Source: Bacteroidota bacterium
GTDB taxonomy: Bacteria > Bacteroidota > Ignavibacteria > 0-14-0-80-59-12
DNA: 64,000 nucleotides
Assembly: GCA_049973045.1 (NCBI GenBank)
Contig: JBMFJZ010000001.1
Span: 190,316-254,315 of the forward strand
Direction of reading: 5' to 3'
Each line of letters begins with the position of its first letter. The first letter of the stretch is position 1. A program made the translations under genes and the position numbers. Shown in pieces: positions 57,175-64,000 of the stretch. The notes below the pieces were generated by a model that made no database searches, was not told where the DNA came from, and saw only the letters and a list, made by a program, of their open reading frames with translations.

Positions 57175-58031
57175 GAAAGAAACTTAACACAAATAAGCCT
57201 GTTAAGGCTTATAAGAACGTTGATTTCCTTATCAGTCCTGATGCACGAACAATCCGAATACTCTCTGAGTTTCTTGAGCCTATGAGAAGATTCAGGATGA
57301 ACGGCATCAAAGACACCATCGTCTTTTTTGGTTCAGCTCGTGTTCGACCTCGCCGGGAAGTGCTTCAGGTTCTCCGATCATTGAAACACAAAGCAAGAAG
57401 GGAAGGACTGAGTCGTTCCTTGAAAAGGAAGCTTGATGAAGCTGCAATCGACTACGAGATGTCAAGATATTACGAAGATGCTGTTGTTTTATCCCGGCTG
57501 TTGACCAAGTGGTCTCTCAGCTTGGTTGACGGCCACCGGTTTGTGATTTGCAGCGGCGGGGGTCCGGGAATCATGGAGGCGGCTAACAAAGGGGCATTTC
57601 TTGCTGGAGGAAAATCGATTGGACTCAACATCAGTTTGCCGTCAGAGCAATATTCAAATCATTACATCACACCGGAACTCAACGAAGAATTTCATTATTT
57701 CTTCATGCGTAAATTCTGGTTTGCCTACCTTGCAAAAGCGCTTGTGATTTTCCCGGGCGGCTACGGGACACTTGATGAACTTTTTGAGATGTTGACACTT
57801 TTGCAAACTAAGAAGATCAGAAAGAAAATGTCCATCGTCATTTACGGTACTGAATATTGGAATAAAGTATTGAATTTTGAAGAGATGGTTCGTCACCACG
57901 CGATTTCCCGACGTGATTTGCGGCTGTTGAAATTTTGTGATGATCCACAGGAAGCATTCGAGTATCTGAAAACTGAGCTTACGAAAAATTACCTCAGTGG
58001 AGATGTCTATCCTGACAATGTTGAATCTTGA
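57171..58031 (+). CDS. LOG family protein (TIGR00730-type Rossmann fold, long form)
   Basis: GGGPGIMEAANKGA and PGGYGTLDEL motifs. Confidence 0.8.
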   Translation: MRKKLNTNKPVKAYKNVDFLISPDARTIRILSEFLEPMRRFRMNGIKDTIVFFGSARVRPRREVLQVLRSLKHKARREGLSRSLKRKLDEAAIDYEMSRYYEDAVVLSRLLTKWSLSLVDGHRFVICSGGGPGIMEAANKGAFLAGGKSIGLNISLPSEQYSNHYITPELNEEFHYFFMRKFWFAYLAKALVIFPGGYGTLDELFEMLTLLQTKKIRKKMSIVIYGTEYWNKVLNFEEMVRHHAISRRDLRLLKFCDDPQEAFEYLKTELTKNYLSGDVYPDNVES

Positions 58032-58914
58032 ACCAGAGATTCAATCGATTCTGAAGCTTCTTGATGATTCGGATGAGATCTACGCTTCGGTGGCAAAGGA
58101 GCTTATCCGGCGAGGCAGCACCGTAGTTCCGACATTGCGCTTTATCATAGCCAACGGAAATAAACTTGAAGCCGAGCGAGCACAGGAAGTCCTCGAGGCA
58201 ATTGCCTTTGAACTTTCAGAGCGAAGGCTCCGTGAAGTTTTCGAGGAAAAGGACAATAAGCCTGATCTCGAAAAAGCTGCTCTCGCTATTGCATTGGCTG
58301 CATATCCGGAGCTTGATCCTCGCCCGTACTCTGAGTTGCTTGACTTGTTAGCGTTTGAATTAGATTCACATATTGATTCTACAACAGCGCTATCGGAGAT
58401 TCCTCTAATATTTGGGAAATACATCGCAGTGGAAAAGCAGTTCAAGGTTAACCGTGAGTCGTTCTACGATCCTGATAACAACTATCTGAACAAAGTCCTT
58501 GAACGGCGGAAAGGGTCTCCAGTTTCAATAGCCTGTCTTTATCTTTTGGTCGGTGATAGGCTGAATCTCCCAGTCGAAGGGATTGCGCTGCCATCGCATT
58601 TTCTTGTTCGCTTAAAGCTCGACGGGAAGGAGCTTTATCTTGATCCGTACGAAGAAGGTGGGCGGGCGCTTTCACGTAAGGAATGTTATGAAAGGTTTCC
58701 CCGCTTTGGGGGACAAGCTGCCAATTTTGGCGCTAAGAGCCATGTCTCCGATTTCTTTGTGCCTGTTGGAAGGGAAGAGATACTTATACGAATGCTGAAC
58801 AATCTCATCTCCGCATACAGCTATAGTGGGGAATCCCGCCGGTGGCGAAATTATGTAAAGCATTTTCAACGTCTGCGAGCCGTCGTTGAGCTGGCGTTGG
58901 GTCGCCACAAATGA
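57997..58914 (+). CDS. Transglutaminase-like / SirB1-type domain protein
   Basis: GSPVSIACLYLLVGDRLNLPVEGIALPSHFLVRL resembles the Transglut_core2 family. Confidence 0.65.
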   Translation: MEMSILTMLNLEPEIQSILKLLDDSDEIYASVAKELIRRGSTVVPTLRFIIANGNKLEAERAQEVLEAIAFELSERRLREVFEEKDNKPDLEKAALAIALAAYPELDPRPYSELLDLLAFELDSHIDSTTALSEIPLIFGKYIAVEKQFKVNRESFYDPDNNYLNKVLERRKGSPVSIACLYLLVGDRLNLPVEGIALPSHFLVRLKLDGKELYLDPYEEGGRALSRKECYERFPRFGGQAANFGAKSHVSDFFVPVGREEILIRMLNNLISAYSYSGESRRWRNYVKHFQRLRAVVELALGRHK

Positions 58915-59003
58915 AGGTATCGGGTGGAACTTTTAGTACCGCCTGCTAAGCGCGAAAGATTTCCTTGCAATTGACGTGAGAGCTTTGTATCATTCTAATA
59001 GTT

Positions 59004-59431
59004 GGGGGTGACCAGGTTTCGACGGGATGAGGATGGTCAGAACTGCGTACCGTGCTTTCCGTGTGCACGTTAAACAAGCGGAGAAACCAATAAGTGCGAA
59101 CTACGATTACGCACTGGCAGCTTAAGCCCGGCTTGGGCAGGTTGCCCGTCCTTTTTTGTCAGTCCGCCTACGGCGGATTGATCCGTGGCGTTTAGAGTGC
59201 TACGGAGCTTCTCCTACCGAGCCACTAAAGGGCGTCGATCACGGGTAGGATAGTTAGTGCTTTTTCCCGGTGAGCACTAACGAAGGGCGCTAAAGGCGCC
59301 GTGAGCCGGGATAGCCTTCCGCCGGTCGCGCCGTCCGATAGGCAGAAGGCAAAAAGAAAAAAGGCAGGCTGCGTACGGAGACGTTCTGATGGTCTTCTTC
59401 TCGGACGCGGGTTCGATTCCCGCCACCTCCA
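59004..59431 (+). ncRNA. ssrA: tmRNA (transfer-messenger RNA)
   Basis: 5' GGGGGTGACCAGGTTTCGACGGG and 3' GGACGCGGGTTCGATTCCCGCCACCTCCA tRNA-like ends whose termini pair as an acceptor stem; internal tag reading frame ending ...GCGAACTACGATTACGCACTGGCAGCTTAA (ANYDYALAA*). Confidence 0.85.
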
Positions 59432-59547
59432 CTCTGCTTGCTTTCAGCGATAACTGTAAATCGAAAATAGCAAATTTTAAATTTCATCTGCTCTCATTCC
59501 CATGGCAAATCTTCTGACAATCACTACTGTCCCGCCAAACGCGAGAT

Positions 59548-60558
59548 TTATCGCGTCCCCAAGTACCTTCCTGGCACAAGGTAATTTTTCACATAATCTG
59601 CCACTGCTTCTTCAAACGGAGTGAATGCACTGGTAAACCCAGTTTTGCGAAGCTTTCCTAACTCAGCTTTTGTGAAATACTGGTACTGAGCCCGTATCGA
59701 TTCCGGCATTGGGAAGTACTCGATTTGAGGTTCTTTACCCAGCGATAGAAACATTGCCTGAGCGAGTTCATTAAACGAATGCGCCTGTCCAGTTCCAACA
59801 TTGAAAATTCCATTTGACTCCGGGTGATCGATAAAATATTGCACCACTTGTATCACGTCTTTGATATAGATAAAATCCCGCTTTTGCTCACCATGAGCAT
59901 AATCTGAGCGATGGGACTCGAAAAGTCGAATCTTGCCCTCTTCGTACATCAAGGGGAAAGACCGATAAATAACACTTGCCATTGTTCCCTTATGATATTC
60001 GTTTGGACCGAATACATTGAAGAAGCGTAAGCCAACGACCTTATCTGCCAAACCATGTTCCAGCACCCACATGTCAAATAGCCACTTTGAAAAGCCATAG
60101 GCATTAAGTGGTCGCAGATAAGGTGTGAGGGCATCCTCATCTGAGAAACCGAGTGAGCCATCACCGTAGACTGCGGCAGAGGATGCGTAGATGAATCGTG
60201 CCCCACGATCGATTGCCCACTCACAAAGCTTCCTTGAATATTCGGTATTGATCTGAAATAAAAAATCAGCATCGGTCTCCGTGGTATCGGTGCGAGCTCC
60301 GATATGCAGCACGATGTCAATGTGCTGTGCCCAGCGTTCGGTATGAAGCTTTTCGAAAAGTTTTTCTCGATCGATGAGCTCAAGAAAGCGACATCCGAGT
60401 AGGTTTTTCCATTTGGCGCTGGAGCGCCATGACGCCTTAGCACTCATTTCATTGGTGCCAAATCGATCGCAGAGGATCAGGTCATTCCGGCCCCGAGTGT
60501 TCAGTGACCATGTTAGTGCACTTCCAATGAAGCCGGCTGCTCCAGTAATTAGTATCAT
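59548..60558 (-). CDS. hldD: ADP-L-glycero-D-manno-heptose 6-epimerase
   Basis: Close motif-by-motif resemblance to E. coli HldD: ILITGAAGFIGS, FIYASSAAVYG, NAYGFSKWLFDMWV, GLRFFNVFGPNEYHKGTMASV, KRDFIYIKDV, QIEYFPMP. Confidence 0.85.
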   Translation of the reverse strand: MILITGAAGFIGSALTWSLNTRGRNDLILCDRFGTNEMSAKASWRSSAKWKNLLGCRFLELIDREKLFEKLHTERWAQHIDIVLHIGARTDTTETDADFLFQINTEYSRKLCEWAIDRGARFIYASSAAVYGDGSLGFSDEDALTPYLRPLNAYGFSKWLFDMWVLEHGLADKVVGLRFFNVFGPNEYHKGTMASVIYRSFPLMYEEGKIRLFESHRSDYAHGEQKRDFIYIKDVIQVVQYFIDHPESNGIFNVGTGQAHSFNELAQAMFLSLGKEPQIEYFPMPESIRAQYQYFTKAELGKLRKTGFTSAFTPFEEAVADYVKNYLVPGRYLGTR

Positions 60559-60583
60559 GATTATTCTTCCTCATTATAGTTCT

Positions 60584-61642
60584 TCAAAACCAACGTTTCA
60601 GTAACCGCAAGGCTCCCTGATTCCACGCAACGCGATGGGTGACACCTGCCTCGATCGGGATAGTTTCTTTGTTGTCGATGTACCATTGATAGGACCGAAT
60701 CAAAGCTTGCGCATTGCTGAATCTTGGTTTCCATCCGAGTGCAGCTTGAATTTTCTCAGTGGAGACAAATGAGTCCTTGTCAGCTGTGCCATAGACCCAT
60801 TTGTACAAAGGGGAGATGCCGAATGCCTCCAGCAGGGCAAGTGCGCCTTTCGCAAAGCGGGCCGGAATAGCCATCACACGGGCTCCTGTGTTCGCATACT
60901 CGCAGAGCGCCATTAAATCTTCATAGACCGTTCCAAATTCTGTTGCACCAATGTTGAACGTATCATTGACCTTCTCGGGTGGGGAAAATGATGTTAACCA
61001 AATTGCCTCGACAAGGTCTTCAACTTCCAGGAGCTGATAACGATTTTTCCCTGAGCCAATCATTGGGATACGTTTCCCGCTCTCCACCCAATCGTAAAGA
61101 ATCTGAAACACACCGAGGCGCCCAGTCCCGATGAATGTTTTTGGACGGAGTACTGATACAATGGATCCCTGGCTCCGATATTCGCGGCATATTTGCTCCG
61201 CTTTGATCTTGCTTTCTCCATATGCGCCAACCCCGTTGAGCTTGTCTGATTCTTCGATTGGATGTTTCTTTGGTATGCCATAAACCGCTGTTGAGGAAAT
61301 ATAGATCACGCGCTCAACATTGTTTGCTTTGGCAGCTTTCAGCACGTTAGATGTTCCATTTATATTCACGTCAAAAATTTCTCTTTTCTCCCACAACGGG
61401 AGAGCGGCTGCTGCGTGAATAACCAAGTCGTATGGTTTTGCAGAGAGCAAACGATTCAGCCCATCTAAATCGCGGACATCCATTTGAAGAAGCTCAACAT
61501 TCCTTGGATAGTCCTCCGGATCGTACTTGGCGATGTCAATGAGTGTCAGTTCAGCTCCACGCCTTGCAAATACGTTTGCAACATGGTAACCCAGGAATCC
61601 AGCTCCTCCTGTAACGAGGATTCTTTTATTGCTCAGCATCAT
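60584..61642 (-). CDS. NAD-dependent epimerase/dehydratase family protein
   Basis: ILVTGGAGFLG Rossmann motif; YGESK catalytic motif. Confidence 0.8.
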   Translation of the reverse strand: MMLSNKRILVTGGAGFLGYHVANVFARRGAELTLIDIAKYDPEDYPRNVELLQMDVRDLDGLNRLLSAKPYDLVIHAAAALPLWEKREIFDVNINGTSNVLKAAKANNVERVIYISSTAVYGIPKKHPIEESDKLNGVGAYGESKIKAEQICREYRSQGSIVSVLRPKTFIGTGRLGVFQILYDWVESGKRIPMIGSGKNRYQLLEVEDLVEAIWLTSFSPPEKVNDTFNIGATEFGTVYEDLMALCEYANTGARVMAIPARFAKGALALLEAFGISPLYKWVYGTADKDSFVSTEKIQAALGWKPRFSNAQALIRSYQWYIDNKETIPIEAGVTHRVAWNQGALRLLKRWF

Positions 61643-61716
61643 ATTGCTTCCTTCCCTGTTTTTATAATGGCCAAATATTTAAACCGATGTTATTCCAGAA
61701 ACAATAAATACATCGT

Positions 61717-62970
61717 TTAAAAGTCTTTTCCGTTATTGGACTGGCCGGTTAATGAGTCGTCACGTGTAAGAGTAAAGAGCGTGATTTCAGGAGGACAGTT
61801 TACTCTCATTGGTAATCCTACAGTGCCAATACCCCGTGATACGTACAGTTGAGTGCCGTTGTTACGGTAGAAGCCTGCAACGTAGTAGGAAAACAAAGAG
61901 GCAAATGCAATCGGGATCTTGCCCAACCGGGCAAAGACAATTTGTCCACCGTGTGTATGACCGGCAACGGTAAAATCAACTCTCTTTTGCGCGACCTCCG
62001 GAAAGTTATATGGCTTGTGGCTCATAAGAATTCGAACTACGCCAACAGGCACCCCATTAACAGCTGCCTCCAAATTGTCACCATGACCAAGATCATCAAT
62101 GCCGAGGAGAGCGATTGCCTCGTCGTTGCGGTGAAGCATCACATGTTCATTGCGTAAGACTTTGATCCCAATTTCTTCAACGCGGCGAGTGATTTCATCA
62201 GCGCCGGCATAAAAATCATGATTCCCGAGAACCCCATATATACCGAGAGGAGCGCGGACGTCTTGAAATGCTTCAGCGAATGGATGAACTTCGTCCTTGC
62301 GGAACGTTACAAAATCTCCGGGCATAAGTATAAGGTCGGCATTCAGCGACTGGAGAAGTTTAGCATACATCACCATTTCAGATTTCGGCATGAACATTCC
62401 AGAATGGATATCGCTTATCAGCGCTACTGTTGTCCCTTCAAATGATGAGGGAAGATTCTTAAGCTTTATGGTTCGATGGGTGATTTCGCACTTCGTTTGC
62501 AGCATAATTCCATCGAGCGCTCCAATAAATGAATAAGTAGCAGCTCCAGCGAAAGCTGTTTTCAGAAAAAGGCGCCGGGAACGACTGTAAGCTAATTCTT
62601 TCGCCGAATTATTTCCTGCTTTCATCTCGGTTTTTCCTCGAAGGAATATGTGGTCAATAATGGAAAATAGTCCTCTCGCTAATTGAATAACGATAAGATA
62701 GACCACTAACAACAGTGAAGCTCCTTGCCAGACATAGAACATTTTAAGCCACAGAGGCATTGGGGAATTCTGTGTTGCGATGGCCGCTGGGAGAAGAATG
62801 AAGAGAAGTGTAGGGACATTCATCACAGTGAAGGTTACAGCTATTACAACACGTTGCCAGGTCTGAGATTTTGAAAGGATATGGTTTCTCAGAAAAAGGA
62901 ACAGAAACCATTGTTCCGCAGAGATGAACAGCAGAACCAGAAAACGAAAAATGATATATCGCACGACCAT
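61717..62970 (-). CDS. Membrane-anchored metallophosphoesterase
   Basis: N-terminal TM helices; calcineurin-like motifs GDFV, GNHDFY, GHTHGGQ. Confidence 0.8.
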   Translation of the reverse strand: MVVRYIIFRFLVLLFISAEQWFLFLFLRNHILSKSQTWQRVVIAVTFTVMNVPTLLFILLPAAIATQNSPMPLWLKMFYVWQGASLLLVVYLIVIQLARGLFSIIDHIFLRGKTEMKAGNNSAKELAYSRSRRLFLKTAFAGAATYSFIGALDGIMLQTKCEITHRTIKLKNLPSSFEGTTVALISDIHSGMFMPKSEMVMYAKLLQSLNADLILMPGDFVTFRKDEVHPFAEAFQDVRAPLGIYGVLGNHDFYAGADEITRRVEEIGIKVLRNEHVMLHRNDEAIALLGIDDLGHGDNLEAAVNGVPVGVVRILMSHKPYNFPEVAQKRVDFTVAGHTHGGQIVFARLGKIPIAFASLFSYYVAGFYRNNGTQLYVSRGIGTVGLPMRVNCPPEITLFTLTRDDSLTGQSNNGKDF

Positions 62971-63067
62971 CTGTCTATACGAGTTTTGGGTCCTCAGAGA
63001 TTGAATTATACATCATGCTTTGATATATTTCAACTTACCAATGGTAAGCCGAAGTGTATCACTGCCG

Positions 63068-63814
63068 ATGAAACGATTGATCAAGAAAGCGGTAATAGTC
63101 CTTGCCCTTCTATTTCTTGTCGTTTTACTTTTAGATACTGTTTTGATGCCTTGGTACGTTAACGAAGGGGGCACAGTACAAGTTCCAGAGGTCACGGGCA
63201 GGAGCGAAAAAGATGCGGCTGAGATACTTCAGATGGCTGGATTGTCACCGAAAAATGGTGGAGTGCGTCCTGATTCTAAATATCCCTCTGGATTTGTCAT
63301 TCAGCAGAACCCTGAAGCAGGTGCGGTGGTCAAGAGGGGGAGAAGGGTTTATCTCGTGTTCAGTGGTGGAGAGCCGAAGTCAACAGTCCCGAGCCTGCGT
63401 GGGAAGACGCTCCGTGATGCGCGATTTGCCTTAGAACGAAATGGGTTTGCTCTTGGGACAATTGAGTATCAAGCTTCGGACGAATTTCCCGAGAACACAA
63501 TCATCGACCAGTCCATCCCCGCTGGCTCGCAGGTTCGCCGTGGTAGCGCAGTATCAGTTGTTGTAAGTTCTGGGCATGCTGGCAATCTCACAGCTGTTCC
63601 AAACGTTTTAGGGCGCTCACTTGGGGAAGCGGAACAGCTGCTCCGAAAGGAGGGCTTTCAGCTTGGCAAAGTGACATTCCAAACTTCAAGCCAATACTTG
63701 CCAAATACAGTGCTGGATCAATACCCACGTGCCGGGATACTTGCAGCTCCCGGAAGTAGTGTTGATCTGTTTGTCGCCCAAGCAACATCCGGCTATCCAC
63801 CCACAGAAAATTAA
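63068..63814 (+). CDS. PASTA domain protein (three PASTA repeats, no kinase or transpeptidase domain)
   Basis: N-terminal TM anchor then three repeats of the PASTA pattern ([16 protein letters not shown]..., [16 protein letters not shown]..., [16 protein letters not shown]...). Confidence 0.7.
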   Translation: MKRLIKKAVIVLALLFLVVLLLDTVLMPWYVNEGGTVQVPEVTGRSEKDAAEILQMAGLSPKNGGVRPDSKYPSGFVIQQNPEAGAVVKRGRRVYLVFSGGEPKSTVPSLRGKTLRDARFALERNGFALGTIEYQASDEFPENTIIDQSIPAGSQVRRGSAVSVVVSSGHAGNLTAVPNVLGRSLGEAEQLLRKEGFQLGKVTFQTSSQYLPNTVLDQYPRAGILAAPGSSVDLFVAQATSGYPPTEN

Positions 63815-63822
63815 GCTGTTTT

Positions 63823-64000
63823 ATGAAACTCCTTGCAGCATCAATTCTCTCAGCTGATTTCTTGCACCTTCGACAAGAAATAAGTATTCTTGTCCGTGGT
63901 GGAGCAGATTGGATCCATATCGATGTGATGGATGGTCAGTTTGTGCCGAATATTACTTTTGGCCCATTCATGGTTGCGGCCGTTCGAAAAGCAATTCCAA
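63823..64000 (+). CDS. rpe: Ribulose-phosphate 3-epimerase (partial; 3' end beyond window edge)
   Basis: Manual translation [51 protein letters not shown] matches the Rpe N-terminus; not in the ORF track because it is truncated. Confidence 0.8.
   Translation, partial: MKLLAASILSADFLHLRQEISILVRGGADWIHIDVMDGQFVPNITFGPFMVAAVRKAIP

Noticed and set aside
59290-59487. 65 aa minus-strand ORF
   Set aside because: It lies almost entirely inside the tmRNA gene on the opposite strand; the Gly/Arg-rich translation is typical of a structured-RNA artefact.
1-64000. CRISPR arrays, rRNA genes, integrases, transposases
   Set aside because: I looked for regularly spaced direct repeats and for recombinase/transposase-like ORFs and found none.

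Overview
This 64 kb window looks like a chromosomal segment from an FCB-group-type bacterium (Ignavibacteriota/Bacteroidota-like). The lineage guess rests on at least six secreted proteins ending in a T9SS C-terminal sorting domain ('NYPNPFN...'), a PorV/PorQ-like outer-membrane protein and a GWxTD-domain protein. All calls below come from reading the six-frame translations and the DNA by eye; no database search was run. The backbone is housekeeping: der, upp, rel/spoT, ruvX, mtgA, cmk, ispH, rpsA, mtaB, truA, nadD, hldD, rpe (partial), plus tRNA-Pro(CGG), tRNA-Lys(CTT) and tmRNA (ssrA). The most interesting region is a TetR-headed minus-strand gene set at 1-7264 (MMPL/RND exporter, small membrane protein, LolA-like protein, an unusual radical SAM enzyme, GT2 glycosyltransferase) that runs off the left edge; I read it as a candidate lipid/pigment tailoring-and-export system. 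Other accessory content: a PrsW-flippase-GT1-GT1 surface polysaccharide module (26.7-31.3 kb), a ~19 kb block of T9SS cargo enzymes with a TonB-dependent receptor and PorV-like gene (32-51 kb), and a five-gene segment between tRNA-Lys and tmRNA. Likely gene decay is visible in two places: a SPOUT methyltransferase remnant (15.3-15.7 kb) and a GerMN-domain gene whose signal peptide is cut off by an in-frame TGA (51.1 kb). A repeat-rich intergenic region sits at 38.9-39.2 kb, and a short hairpin motif CCGCC-N3-GGCGG recurs in non-coding DNA. No CRISPR array, integrase, transposase or rRNA was seen.
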